Source: Bacteroidota bacterium
GTDB lineage: Bacteria; Bacteroidota; Bacteroidia; Cytophagales; Cyclobacteriaceae
NCBI GenBank assembly: GCA_013285945.1
Contig: JABDGP010000001.1
Location: forward strand, 9,081 to 73,080
Direction: 5' to 3'
DNA: 64,000 nt
A program made the translations under genes and the position numbers. The notes beneath the pieces were generated by a model. The model made no database searches, was not told the origin of the DNA, and worked only from the letters and a program-made list of their open reading frames with translations. Below are positions 1 through 10,431 of this stretch, piece after piece (the first letter of the stretch is position 1; every line of letters begins with the position of its first letter).

Positions 1-1241
1 CGTGCACCTATATTTTCAATCTCGGCATTGATATCAAAAGCAGTCTGGGCAATTTCGGCAATGGCATCTGCATCGAATGCAATTGTAAAATCTTCTGATC
101 CAAGTAATGCCTGATATTGTCGTGTGAGCGCATTCTTCGGCTCGCTTAATATTCTTACAAAATCATCTTTTGTTAAACTGTTCAATTCTACACGAATTGG
201 AAAACGTCCCTGTAACTCTGGAATTAAATCCGAAGGTTTTGCTACATGAAATGCACCGGCAGCGATAAAAAGTACATGGTCTGTGTTAATCACGCCATAC
301 TTCGTGTTTACCGTGCTGCCTTCAACAATAGGAAGCAGATCGCGTTGAACTCCTTCGCGGCTCACATCGGGCCCACCACCGCCTTTTTTTCCTCCGGACG
401 CAATCTTGTCGATCTCATCAATGAAAATAATCCCAGCGTCTTCGGCCTTACGGATAGCCTCTTCTTTTACTTCGTCCATATCAATAAGGCGAGCTGCTTC
501 TTCTTCGAGCAACACCTTTCGTGCTTCAGCAACGGTAAGCTTTCTTTTCTTCGCCTTCTTAGGCATCATGCCGCTGAGCATCTCCTGCAAGTTCATCATC
601 GACACTTCGTCCATCATACCGGCACCGATCATTCCTATGCCTGGAGCTCCGCTTTGCTTGATATCGATTTCAATTTTCCGTTCTTCTAATTCGCCATTGC
701 GAATTTTTTCTCTGAAAATATTTCTAGTCCGCTCATTTAATTCTACATCATCTTTTGGAGCTTCGGTGTAGTCATTTTCGTCAATCTGCGCTACGGCAAA
801 ACCGGCAGGTTTACGCATCGGCGGAATAAGTGCGTCCAAAATTATTTCTTCTACAACTTGTGCTGCTTTCTCTTTTACTTCTTCCTTTTTGCGAGTCTTT
901 ACCATGTTTACTGACTGCTCTACAAGATCACGAACCATACTTTCAACATCGCGACCTACATAGCCTACTTCGGTGAATTTGGAAGCTTCAACTTTTACAA
1001 ACGGAGCATCGGCAATCTTGGCTAGCCGGCGAGCAATCTCTGTTTTCCCCACGCCAGTTGCGCCTATCATCAAAATGTTATTGGGCACGATTTCATTTTT
1101 CATTTCAGGCTCGGCATTCATTCGCCTCCACCGATTACGTAATGCGATCGCCACATTGCGCTTCGCCTCCTGCTGCCCTACAATGTATTTGTCGAGCTCC
1201 TGTACAATTTGTTGAGGTGTTAAGTATGTTGAATTAAGCAT
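1..1241 (-). CDS. hslU: ATP-dependent protease ATPase subunit HslU (3' end runs off window)
   Basis: Not in ORF track. Manual minus-strand translation from ATG at 1241 gives [23 protein letters not shown], Walker [38 protein letters not shown], Walker [15 protein letters not shown]. Confidence 0.95.
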   Translation of the reverse strand, partial: MLNSTYLTPQQIVQELDKYIVGQQEAKRNVAIALRNRWRRMNAEPEMKNEIVPNNILMIGATGVGKTEIARRLAKIADAPFVKVEASKFTEVGYVGRDVESMVRDLVEQSVNMVKTRKKEEVKEKAAQVVEEIILDALIPPMRKPAGFAVAQIDENDYTEAPKDDVELNERTRNIFREKIRNGELEERKIEIDIKQSGAPGIGMIGAGMMDEVSMMNLQEMLSGMMPKKAKKRKLTVAEARKVLLEEEAARLIDMDEVKEEAIRKAEDAGIIFIDEIDKIASGGKKGGGGPDVSREGVQRDLLPIVEGSTVNTKYGVINTDHVLFIAAGAFHVAKPSDLIPELQGRFPIRVELNSLTKDDFVRILSEPKNALTRQYQALLGSEDFTIAFDADAIAEIAQTAFDINAEIENIGA

Positions 1242-1251
1242 TATCAAATAG

Positions 1252-1320
1252 TAGTTAATAGTTAAGTCAATTTGTTATCAGTCAACTCTGTTAAATGATG
1301 AACTAATAACAAACAACGTA
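1252..1320. repeat. Degenerate heptamer-repeat tract between lon and hslU
   Basis: TAGTTAA x2 at 1252-1265 and TTTGTTA at 1271-1277; opposite-orientation units GAACTAA-TAACAAA-CAACGTA at 1300-1320. Confidence 0.5.
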
Positions 1321-1321
1321 T

Positions 1322-3778
1322 TTACGCCTTGCCCTCGGGCAAAATAAATGTCAACGGTTTGGCGACTTTATCTTTTAGCAAAGCCAATTTCAAAACCTGA
1401 TCCACTGAATCGACATAGTGAAACGAAAGGCCTTTAATGTAAGGCTTCTCAATTTCCTGAATGTCGCGCTTGTTTTTTGCGCTAAGTATAATCTCCTTAA
1501 TACCGCTGCGCTTGGCCGCCAGAATTTTTTCTTTGATACCACCTACAGGCAACACTTTCCCCCGCAATGTAATTTCGCCGGTCATAGCCGTCTGCGATTT
1601 TACTTTTCGCTGCGTGAATATTGAAGCCAACGAAGTCAACATGGTTATCCCCGCCGATGGACCATCTTTTGGTACTGCACCTGCAGGCACGTGAATGTGT
1701 AAATCATAGTTCTGAAAAATGCGATGATCGATCTGCAGCGAAGCGGCATTGGCTTTGAGGTACGAAAGTGCAGCAGTCGCCGATTCCTTCATAACATCGC
1801 CAAGCTGGCCTGAGATGGTAAGTGTACCTTTGCCACGGCTCAGGCTCGACTCAACAAATAAAATATCACCACCCACTTGTGTCCAGGCAAGTCCGGTTAC
1901 TACACCGGCAAAATCGTTGCCCTGGTACATTTCTTCATCAAAAATTTCTGCACCTAAAATTTTTATTACTTCCTTTGGTGTTATCTCATCCAATATTTTC
2001 TCATCCATCGCTTTTGACTTGGCAATGTTGCGAACGACTGAACCGATTTTTCTTTCCAAACTTCTCACTCCCGATTCGCGGGTATAGGATTCGATCACTT
2101 TCAATACACCTTCTTTTGAAAATTTTACATCGGCTGAAACCAGACCATGCTCTTTAATTTGCTTGGGGATCAAATGCTTCAATGCAATCTGTAATTTCTC
2201 TTCTACCGTGTAGCCCGTGAGCTCAATAATCTCCATACGATCGCGCAGTGCCGGATGAATTGTATCAAGGGCATTCGCGGTAGCAATAAATAATACTTTA
2301 GACAAATCATAATCTACTTCGAGGTAGTTGTCGGCGAAGGCATTGTTCTGTTCAGGATCCAGGACCTCAAGCAAAGCGGAAGAAGGGTCTCCTCTAAAAT
2401 CGGAACGAACCTTATCGATTTCATCCAGTACAAAAACCGGATTTGATGATTTAGCCTTTTTTATGTTTTGCAAAATTTTTCCAGGCATTGCGCCAATGTA
2501 CGTCTTGCGGTGGCCGCGCACTTCAGCTTCGTCATGCACGCCTCCGAGAGACATCCGCACGTAACTTCTGCCAAGCGATTTAGCAATGGATTTGCCAAGT
2601 GAGGTTTTCCCTACACCCGGAGGGCCGTACAAGCAAAGGATCGGTCCTTTCATGTCCTGCTTTAATTTCAATACGGCGAGGTATTCGAGGATACGCGTTT
2701 TAACTTTTTCCAATCCAAAATGATCTTTATCTAAAATCTTTTTGGCTTTCTTCAAGTCAAAATCATCCACTGTGTATTCTTCCCATGGCAAGTCGAGCAT
2801 GAACTCCACATTGTTCATCATCAACGGAAAGTCAGGAGCCTGCGGGTTGGTACGCTGCAGTTTATCCAGTTCTTTATTAAAATGATCAGCGGCGGCCTTC
2901 GGCCATTTCTTTTCTGCGCCACGCTTGCGCAATTTTTCTATTTCCTTGTCAGGCCCGTCATAGCCGAGCTCGTCTTGCAGCACTTTAATTTGTTGACGCA
3001 AAAAATAATCGCGCTGCTGCTGATCGATATCGGTATGAACCTTCTTTTGTATTTCATGCTTGATCTCCAGCATCTGGATTTCTTTCAGCATATACTGCAG
3101 CAGCAAAGTACCCCGGTCGATGATATTGCTGACCTCTAAAATTTTTTGCTTGTCTGCAACTTCCACATTTAAGTTGGAAGCAAGGAAGTGCACCAAAAAT
3201 GCAGTGCTGTTAATATTGTCGAGTGCTACTTGCGCTTCCTGTGGAATGTCAGGATTAAGTTTTAAGATTTTAGATGCAGCATCTTTCAGCGATTGTACGA
3301 GTGCTTCGACTTCCTTGCTTTTAAGATCCAGTGCGGGCTCAATTTGCATCTCTACTCGGGCAGTAATAAAAGGCTCTTCGCCTACAAATTCTTTGATTGC
3401 AAACCGATTTTTACCTTGTATTATAATTGTAGTGTTGCCGTCCGGAAGCACCAGCATCTTAATAATTCGTGCAATCGTGCCTAGGCGGCAAAGGTCTTCG
3501 ATGGCTGGGTCTTCGGTCTGCTTATTTTTTTGTGCCACAACACCAATAATGCGGTTGCCTTGATACGCTTTTTTTATCAGGCGAATAGATTTCTGTCTTG
3601 TAACCGTAATCGGGATAACGACTCCGGGAAACAATACAGTATTTTTTATTGGTAAAATGGAAAGCTCATCAGTCAAATCTTCCGGGCGAATATCGATCTC
3701 TTTTTCAGGATTGATAAGTTGGATCAGCTCTTCCGATTCCTCTTGTTCCATTGGTGATATTGCTATTTCTTTAAACAT
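1322..3778 (-). CDS. lon: Endopeptidase La (Lon protease)
   Basis: LON N-domain, Walker [15 protein letters not shown], catalytic PKDGPSAG and GGIKEK; start chosen at ATG 3778 (ORF open to 3799). Confidence 0.97.
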   Translation of the reverse strand: MFKEIAISPMEQEESEELIQLINPEKEIDIRPEDLTDELSILPIKNTVLFPGVVIPITVTRQKSIRLIKKAYQGNRIIGVVAQKNKQTEDPAIEDLCRLGTIARIIKMLVLPDGNTTIIIQGKNRFAIKEFVGEEPFITARVEMQIEPALDLKSKEVEALVQSLKDAASKILKLNPDIPQEAQVALDNINSTAFLVHFLASNLNVEVADKQKILEVSNIIDRGTLLLQYMLKEIQMLEIKHEIQKKVHTDIDQQQRDYFLRQQIKVLQDELGYDGPDKEIEKLRKRGAEKKWPKAAADHFNKELDKLQRTNPQAPDFPLMMNNVEFMLDLPWEEYTVDDFDLKKAKKILDKDHFGLEKVKTRILEYLAVLKLKQDMKGPILCLYGPPGVGKTSLGKSIAKSLGRSYVRMSLGGVHDEAEVRGHRKTYIGAMPGKILQNIKKAKSSNPVFVLDEIDKVRSDFRGDPSSALLEVLDPEQNNAFADNYLEVDYDLSKVLFIATANALDTIHPALRDRMEIIELTGYTVEEKLQIALKHLIPKQIKEHGLVSADVKFSKEGVLKVIESYTRESGVRSLERKIGSVVRNIAKSKAMDEKILDEITPKEVIKILGAEIFDEEMYQGNDFAGVVTGLAWTQVGGDILFVESSLSRGKGTLTISGQLGDVMKESATAALSYLKANAASLQIDHRIFQNYDLHIHVPAGAVPKDGPSAGITMLTSLASIFTQRKVKSQTAMTGEITLRGKVLPVGGIKEKILAAKRSGIKEIILSAKNKRDIQEIEKPYIKGLSFHYVDSVDQVLKLALLKDKVAKPLTFILPEGKA

Positions 3779-3920
3779 AAATGAGTGCCAATTTGACACA
3801 AAAAAAGTGCGACTCCTATTAAAATTGTAAAGACTTCACTAAGGGTCAATCGGTATGCCAATAATTGACCCGGGATTAAAGTTTTTGCTAATCACACATT
3901 TTTCAGCCACTTTTCGTTAC

Positions 3921-5891
3921 ATGATCGAACAACAGATCAACGTGAAAACCTTTTTAGCAGGTATGTTTTTTGGTGTTTTGTGCCTTGCCTGCCAAGATTG
4001 TTTCGCTCAGAAAAAGAAAACGAAAAAAGCTGAGGTGATTCAGCTCAAAGATTCAACGACCTCTTTCGGTCAGTCTGACATATTCGCGTTTCCGAATACT
4101 AACTTGGTTAGGTTCTATTCTGATGTAGCTAAAATCAAACATATCAAAGACTTGGAAGCAGCCAATAACCAACAGGAAATGTACGTTGCTCTCAAGGATT
4201 ATGTAAAGAATTTTGGAATCGATAATTTTTCTAAAAATGTACCCATGCTTTGGAAGCTGGCGCAACTCGCGGAGAAATTCGGACCAAAGGACGAATCTTT
4301 GTGGTACAGACTTGCAGTAAAACATCATCAGCAGGGAATTAATGTCAATGATCTTTACAAAAAATACGATTCAGTAGAGACGGATAAGAAAGAATATTAT
4401 GTGCCGCTCGAACACTATTATGAGCTCGTCAACTACCGGAAAGAAATCGACACGCTTCGCCCACCTCATTCAGTGCTGGAACCGATGGGCGACCATATCA
4501 ATTCTGCAAAAGAGGATTACGGCCCTGCAATTGGTAACGTAGATTATGTTTTGCTTTTCACATCCAAGCGTAATGCACATCCACAGCGAGCTTACAATGA
4601 AGATATTTTCTTCAGCCTGAAAGTTGACGGCGCATGGACTACAGCCGAAGAATTCAAAACTATTAACACCGGTTTCAATGAGGGCTCCGCTTGCTTGAGC
4701 CTCGATGGAAAATATTTATTTTTCTCCCGATGCAATGCGCCTGGCTCGTTTGGCAACTGTGACTTGTATGTGGCGCAACTTAAAAAGGACAGCACGTGGG
4801 GCGACATCAAAAATCTTGGCCCAAACATCAACAGCAAAGGGTGGGAATCACATCCGTCTGTAAGCCACAGTGGCGACACACTTTTTTTTGCGAGTAATCG
4901 CATCGGCGGATTTGGTTTATCAGATATCTATTTTTCGATGAAAGATAAAAAAGGAAACTGGACTCGTGCGCAAAATGCTGGACCGGTTATCAATACTGCT
5001 AAGAGTGAAGTCAGTCCTTTTTTCCATCATAAGTTCAATGTGCTTTATTTTAGTTCGGATGGGCAGCCGATCAATTTTGGCGATTTCGATATTTATAAAT
5101 CGTACCGGCAAAGAAATGGTACTTGGGGCGAGCCACAAAACATTGGTCCATTAGTAAATGGCGCAGGCAGTGAATATTATTTTACTATTGATTCGAAAAG
5201 TCATGATCTGTACTATGCACGTTCATCAGAAAATGACATTAAAAACCTCGACTTATTTTCATTCCCCGTTCCGATGGAGGCACACCCGGAAGCTATCGCG
5301 AAATTGAATGGTCATGTGAAAGATCCTTCAGGTAAACCAGTGAAAGGAATCGTGTCGGTAGTTGATTTGGATGACGGTGTTGAGGTGGCGCCTAAGTTTC
5401 TGCGCGAAGATGGTTCTTATGATTTTAGCCTGATCAACAAAAGGAATTATTTGTTGATAATTCAAGGGGATGATTTCTTTCGGATTGAAGAACTTTTTTT
5501 TATGGAAGGAGATCGTCAGGTTAATCACGTGGCCGAACCGATTGCCAGTAAGATTGCTTTTAAGTCGTTGGAATTTGAAAACGGCAAATCGGAGATATTG
5601 GTGTCAATGCATAATGACCTGGCGAAGGTTGGAAATTTTTTGATTGACCATCCTGAAGAAAAACTTAAGATTTCGGGCCACACCGATTCGTCAGGTAATG
5701 AAGAAACTAACCTGAGGCTTTCACAAGAACGAGCCGATGCCATTCGTATTTATCTGATCAACGAATTTAAAATTGACGGCTCTCGTATCACAGCTATTGG
5801 CTATGGAAGTGCCAATCATATTGTAGAAGAAGTTACAGACGAGCACAAGCAGCTTAACCGCAGGGTTGAATTTGAATTGATAAAAGACTAA
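3921..5891 (+). CDS. PD40 (WD40-like) repeat / OmpA C-terminal domain protein
   Basis: Repeated NLGPxIN/LFFxS PD40 motifs; C-terminal ISGHTD...LSQERA...NRRVEF OmpA domain; start uncertain (3855/3921/3942). Confidence 0.88.
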   Translation: MIEQQINVKTFLAGMFFGVLCLACQDCFAQKKKTKKAEVIQLKDSTTSFGQSDIFAFPNTNLVRFYSDVAKIKHIKDLEAANNQQEMYVALKDYVKNFGIDNFSKNVPMLWKLAQLAEKFGPKDESLWYRLAVKHHQQGINVNDLYKKYDSVETDKKEYYVPLEHYYELVNYRKEIDTLRPPHSVLEPMGDHINSAKEDYGPAIGNVDYVLLFTSKRNAHPQRAYNEDIFFSLKVDGAWTTAEEFKTINTGFNEGSACLSLDGKYLFFSRCNAPGSFGNCDLYVAQLKKDSTWGDIKNLGPNINSKGWESHPSVSHSGDTLFFASNRIGGFGLSDIYFSMKDKKGNWTRAQNAGPVINTAKSEVSPFFHHKFNVLYFSSDGQPINFGDFDIYKSYRQRNGTWGEPQNIGPLVNGAGSEYYFTIDSKSHDLYYARSSENDIKNLDLFSFPVPMEAHPEAIAKLNGHVKDPSGKPVKGIVSVVDLDDGVEVAPKFLREDGSYDFSLINKRNYLLIIQGDDFFRIEELFFMEGDRQVNHVAEPIASKIAFKSLEFENGKSEILVSMHNDLAKVGNFLIDHPEEKLKISGHTDSSGNEETNLRLSQERADAIRIYLINEFKIDGSRITAIGYGSANHIVEEVTDEHKQLNRRVEFELIKD

Positions 5892-5909
5892 TCTGAATCT
5901 TCGATCGGC

Positions 5910-6686
5910 CTATGAAAGAAATATGGCCATTTCTTCCTCTTCAATAACAATATCGTCTTCGCCAACCTCATCAAACGGATTTTCAAGCTGATCTTGAATA
6001 TTATCCAAACTCACGAGAATGAAACTGTATAGAATGGGCATCACATATTCAAGTTGTGCGGAGAAATCATGAAAGGTGCTGGCGAAATAAGGGCCATAAA
6101 TAATCGGGAATGTATAAATGAAAACTTTACTGTAAGCCCGAAGGGTGATTGGCGTGCGGTAACGATGAACGATACGCATGTTGTCAAAGGCGATAATCAT
6201 CTTACTAATATACTGACTTACACGTGATATCTCACCACTCTGTACACCATGATTGCGAAACTCCATCGTGAGAGATGAAAGTTTTGAAAAGAGATCGTAA
6301 ATTTTTTTCTCATGTTCATCCCACACAGCATTACTTTCCGCTTTGAGCATTGTTTTCAGTGTTAGCAACATTTCAGTTAAAAGCGCACGCCCTTTGGTAG
6401 CTAAATCATTTTCTTTATTGGAAGGCCAATCGCGTGAAGCGTAGTAAATAGCAATGGCATGCCCCTTGAAATCTGACAGTCGTTGCAATGCCGTTTCTCT
6501 CCGTGTATATGCTGAGCCAATGCTGAACACCACGGGAAACACAATAGCAATGCCGATGAGCATGTCGGGAAATTTTGCCGTAAGGCCAAAGTGAAAACAG
6601 ACATAGCTGGAAAGTACCGCCAGTGCTGTTAAAATGAATGTCTTATAATTGATGATGAGCTTGAGGCTTCGAAAGATTTTGATCAT
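5910..6686 (-). CDS. Bestrophin-like membrane protein
   Basis: Two pairs of hydrophobic helices, AYxRR after TM2, RTP and QLENPF...EDDI motifs resembling bacterial bestrophins. Confidence 0.65.
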   Translation of the reverse strand: MIKIFRSLKLIINYKTFILTALAVLSSYVCFHFGLTAKFPDMLIGIAIVFPVVFSIGSAYTRRETALQRLSDFKGHAIAIYYASRDWPSNKENDLATKGRALLTEMLLTLKTMLKAESNAVWDEHEKKIYDLFSKLSSLTMEFRNHGVQSGEISRVSQYISKMIIAFDNMRIVHRYRTPITLRAYSKVFIYTFPIIYGPYFASTFHDFSAQLEYVMPILYSFILVSLDNIQDQLENPFDEVGEDDIVIEEEEMAIFLS

Positions 6687-6790
6687 GGAGTATGTGGAAA
6701 TGAATTGGCATTCAATTTTCCGAAAAGAAGTGATATTAACAAATTGTTAAGCGAAGAGATCAGATCTTTCTCTTTGAGGTAGTAGCGACT

Positions 6791-8260
6791 CTAATTCTTC
6801 TTGTCCAACTCGGGCAATACAAAATCATCAAGTGCGCTTGGCAGTTTTATCATTGCCTCAATGTCTTTCACGGTACGAGGTGCCGAGGATGATAGATGTT
6901 CGTAACCATCTTTGGTGATGAGATAATCATCTTCTATTCGTACAGCTATACCCCACCATTTCTTATCGCAAGCTGAGTTGTCAGGAATATAAATACCGGG
7001 TTCGATAGTGATTACCATGTTCTCTTGCAAAGTTTCATAAGGTCCTCGGTCATGCACGTCAAGCCCGATATGATGGCAACAGCCGTGCGGATAATATCTA
7101 TGCTTGTCGGTTTCATTTTGAATGATACCCAGTTCTTTTAATCCTTTGTTGATTACATCGCGCGTAGCTTTGTACAAGTCGCCAAACGGGGCACCGGCTT
7201 TGCAAACTTTCATTGCTTCTTCCTGGGCTTTTAAAACCAATTCATAAATCTGCTTTTGTTCGGGAGAAAATTTTCCGTTTACTGGAATAGTGCGAGTGAT
7301 ATCGGCTGTATAGCCATGGAACTCCGCACCTAAGTCCATCAATATTAATTCCTTATTGCTGACACTCGGCTTGTAGTTGTCAATATAATGTAGAATGCAA
7401 CCGTTATGGCCTGCGCCAACGATAGACGGATAACCCAGATCTTCGGCCTGATATTTTTTAAAAACAAATTCATGGATACCTTCAATCTCTCGCTCGCTCA
7501 TGCCCGGCTTGATGGCCTTCATTACTTCAACCTGACCGGCACAAGAGATTTTTACTGCTTTACGGATCATATCTAGTTCTTCTTTGGTTTTGATGCCGCG
7601 CAAATTGTCCATGATCCCTTCAAGAGAATTTGCATCCAAATTATTTTTTATTGGCTCTACAGCCAATGTGGGATTATTCTTTTCAGGATAATGCGTCTTT
7701 GATTTAAACTGCACTATTAAATCATACATATCAGATGAGTCACGCGGATTATTACGCACATCGTTTTGAAAATCCATGAAAAGAATAGAAGTGAATTTAG
7801 AGAAATCGACATTATAACGTTTGAACTCCGAATTGTTAAATGCCTGCTCGAAACCAAGTTTATCTTTCACACCGTTGTCGCCAAGCCTGCGGCCGGTCCA
7901 TTGTTCGGCGCGCTCATTGCGAGGTTGCACAAAAATGATTTCATCGTATTTCGTTCCGTTGCTGGAGGTTTGAGACTCTTTGAATATGAACAAAAGAGCA
8001 TCAGGCTCTTTGTAACCGGTGAGATAAAAAAAGTCGGGGTCTTGATGGTAGACATATTCTACATCATTGGCTCTATTGCGCACCGGATTGGCGAAAAAGA
8101 CTGCTACGGAATTAGCTGGCAATTTTTCTCTCAATTTTTCTCTCCGTTCTTTATAGAATACTTTCGTCAAAAAATCGTTAGGCTGATCTGGCTCTTGGGC
8201 CGCCGCCTGAAGAAAGAGGATTGAAATAAAGGCAAGAGTAAATGGCAACTTCATAAACAT
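6791..8260 (-). CDS. pepP: Xaa-Pro aminopeptidase (M24 family, signal peptide)
   Basis: YHQDPDFFYLTG N-domain; DLGAE, ADITRT, HHIGLDVHD, TIEPGIY, VRIEDD metal ligands; start ATG 8260 or 8254 after TAATTTG box. Confidence 0.9.
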   Translation of the reverse strand: MFMKLPFTLAFISILFLQAAAQEPDQPNDFLTKVFYKERREKLREKLPANSVAVFFANPVRNRANDVEYVYHQDPDFFYLTGYKEPDALLFIFKESQTSSNGTKYDEIIFVQPRNERAEQWTGRRLGDNGVKDKLGFEQAFNNSEFKRYNVDFSKFTSILFMDFQNDVRNNPRDSSDMYDLIVQFKSKTHYPEKNNPTLAVEPIKNNLDANSLEGIMDNLRGIKTKEELDMIRKAVKISCAGQVEVMKAIKPGMSEREIEGIHEFVFKKYQAEDLGYPSIVGAGHNGCILHYIDNYKPSVSNKELILMDLGAEFHGYTADITRTIPVNGKFSPEQKQIYELVLKAQEEAMKVCKAGAPFGDLYKATRDVINKGLKELGIIQNETDKHRYYPHGCCHHIGLDVHDRGPYETLQENMVITIEPGIYIPDNSACDKKWWGIAVRIEDDYLITKDGYEHLSSSAPRTVKDIEAMIKLPSALDDFVLPELDKKN

Positions 8261-8365
8261 GTGTTTTATGCAAATTAAATATTTCTTTTCTGACATCGCT
8301 TTCTTTATTCGCGAAATGGTTAAGCTGTAAACGATTATTTTTACAGGATCATTAATAATAAGCAT

Positions 8366-8923
8366 ATGCCCAAAATAGCCATTCTCTCTGCCAGTGTTCG
8401 CACAGGCCGCAATAGCCACCGAGTGGCCTTATACTTTAAGAAATTCCTGACGGAAAATAATCTGGGCTCTGCTGAGATAGTCGATTTGAATGAATATCAA
8501 TTTCCTGTTTTCAATGAACGGTTGAAGTTTCAGACTAATCCTTCTGCAGCCACACTGGAGTTTGCTGACAAAATAAAATCAGCCGACGGAGTAATTATCG
8601 TCACTCCCGAATACAACGGTGGCTATCCAGCCAGTTTGAAGAATGTTGTTGATCTGCTGTACGATGAGTGGCATCGAAAACCGATTGCTATTTCTACTGC
8701 CTCAAACGGGCCATTTGGTGGAACACAAGTAATAACTTCGCTTCAGTTTACACTGTGGAAAATTCGTGCATGGACAGTGCCTGCTATGTTCCCGGTACCG
8801 AAAGCCCAGGAAGCGTTTGATGAGCAAGGAAATGCGATGGATAAAGCATCTGCTGATAAACGCGCGCATACTTTTATTGGCGAACTACTTTGGTGTATTG
8901 AAGCCAAAGGCAAGATGGCATAA
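8366..8923 (+). CDS. NADPH-dependent FMN reductase family protein
   Basis: SVRTGRNS phosphate loop and TPEYNGGYPASLKN flavodoxin-fold motif. Confidence 0.9.
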   Translation: MPKIAILSASVRTGRNSHRVALYFKKFLTENNLGSAEIVDLNEYQFPVFNERLKFQTNPSAATLEFADKIKSADGVIIVTPEYNGGYPASLKNVVDLLYDEWHRKPIAISTASNGPFGGTQVITSLQFTLWKIRAWTVPAMFPVPKAQEAFDEQGNAMDKASADKRAHTFIGELLWCIEAKGKMA

Positions 8924-8928
8924 GCAAG

Positions 8929-10245
8929 GTGAAGACGGCTTTTCTAAATTATCTCATTGAGAAAAAACTCTGCGCCCGCAAAGATAAAATTCTATTGGCT
9001 GTGAGTGGAGGAATCGACTCGATGGTAATGCTAAATCTGTTTCGTGAGTGTGAATATGAGATAGGAGTGGCTCATGTCAATTTTCAACTTCGCGGAAGGG
9101 AATCGGATGAGGACGAAAAATTGGTAGAGGAAAGTTGTGCAAGACTTTCAATACCATTTTATACCAAAAGATTTGAGACTTCCCAGTATGCTGAAGGCAA
9201 ATCATTGTCAATACAAATGGCTGCCCGCAACTTGCGCTATGTGTGGTTTAATGAATTAATCGACGAACATCATTTTGATCTTATCGCGACTGCTCATCAT
9301 TTAAACGATTCGATTGAGACGGTGCTTCTGAATTTTTCGCGAGGCGCTGGGTTAGAAGGCTATGATGGCATTGCGCCTAAAAATAGAAAAATCATTCGGC
9401 CGATGTTGTTTGCCAGGCGCGAGGAAATTGAACAGTATGCCAAAGGAAACTGCATTGTTTGGCGCGAAGACAAAAGCAACGCAACAGATGACTACCAACG
9501 AAATTTTATTCGTCACCAAGTAGTTCCATTATTAAAGGAGGTGAATCCTTCGCTCGAAAATTCTTTTCATGAATCAATCGAGAAGACTTCTGGTGCGACC
9601 GAGCTATTCGCATTAGGTATTCTTTATTGGAAAGAAAAATTTGAAACCAGAAAAGACGAGCAAATTCATTTGGCTAAGAAAGGAATATATGAATTCACTA
9701 ATGAAGCGGGATTACTTTGGAACTTAATCAAAGAGTACGGCTTCAACATTGATCAATGTCTTCAAGTTGTCAAATCCATTCGGGGGCAACCCGGAAAAAA
9801 ATTCCTCTCGTTGAATTATGAATTGGTTATCGATCGCGAACATTTGATCATTTCAAAACATGTATATGAGGTTGGTGATGTGATAATTGAAAAAGGCCAG
9901 CTTCAGGCGATGCGTGGAAAATATACTCTTGACATTGGGGCGGCCAAATCGATGGAAATCAATAAGGATCATTCGCTCGCATTACTCGATGTTGATAAAT
10001 TGCAATTTCCATTGCTATGGAGAAAATGGAAACAAGGTGATAGCTTTTTTCCACTGGGTATGAACCACAAAAAGAAACTCAGTGATTTTTTTGTTGATGA
10101 GAGAATTTCAATTGCCGACAAAGAAATGATTACGGTATTGGAGTCAGCGAGTGAAATTGTATGGGTAGTTGGGCATCGCATTGATGATCGATTCAAAATA
10201 ACTGAAAGCACCACGCGTGTCATCCGTTTTGCACTTCACAGGTGA
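8929..10245 (+). CDS. tilS: tRNA(Ile)-lysidine synthetase
   Basis: PP-loop SGGIDS, AARxLRY, TAHHLND, IRPML, EDxSN, RNFIRH, C-terminal KKKLSDFF; GTG start. Confidence 0.95.
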   Translation: MKTAFLNYLIEKKLCARKDKILLAVSGGIDSMVMLNLFRECEYEIGVAHVNFQLRGRESDEDEKLVEESCARLSIPFYTKRFETSQYAEGKSLSIQMAARNLRYVWFNELIDEHHFDLIATAHHLNDSIETVLLNFSRGAGLEGYDGIAPKNRKIIRPMLFARREEIEQYAKGNCIVWREDKSNATDDYQRNFIRHQVVPLLKEVNPSLENSFHESIEKTSGATELFALGILYWKEKFETRKDEQIHLAKKGIYEFTNEAGLLWNLIKEYGFNIDQCLQVVKSIRGQPGKKFLSLNYELVIDREHLIISKHVYEVGDVIIEKGQLQAMRGKYTLDIGAAKSMEINKDHSLALLDVDKLQFPLLWRKWKQGDSFFPLGMNHKKKLSDFFVDERISIADKEMITVLESASEIVWVVGHRIDDRFKITESTTRVIRFALHR

Positions 10246-10319
10246 AGCATTTATTGACGGACTCCACAAATGTTTGCATTGAAACCCTCGCAGATTGCTG
10301 GCTTCTGCCTTTATTTGAT

Positions 10320-10327
10320 TATCTTTG
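10320..10327 (+). promoter_or_regulatory. Bacteroidota -7 promoter box for DEAD-box helicase gene
   Basis: TATCTTTG matches TAnnTTTG, about 105 nt upstream of ATG 10432. Confidence 0.6.
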
Positions 10328-10431
10328 TGCATCATTCCTCGAAATTCAAGTAAAAAAGCACTTTCGTGCTGCAACTGTACCAGAGGCGTTACTAATTATC
10401 ATTTCATCGTGCCTCGCACAACTATCAAAAC

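Noticed and set aside
246-1215. Plus-strand ORFs 246-689, 406-771, 973-1215
   Set aside because: Antisense shadows of hslU, which is missing from the track only because it is truncated.
8260-8419. Apparent head-to-head overlap of pepP with the FMN reductase gene
   Set aside because: Artefact of longest-ORF calling; the signal peptide and promoter box place the pepP start at 8260/8254.
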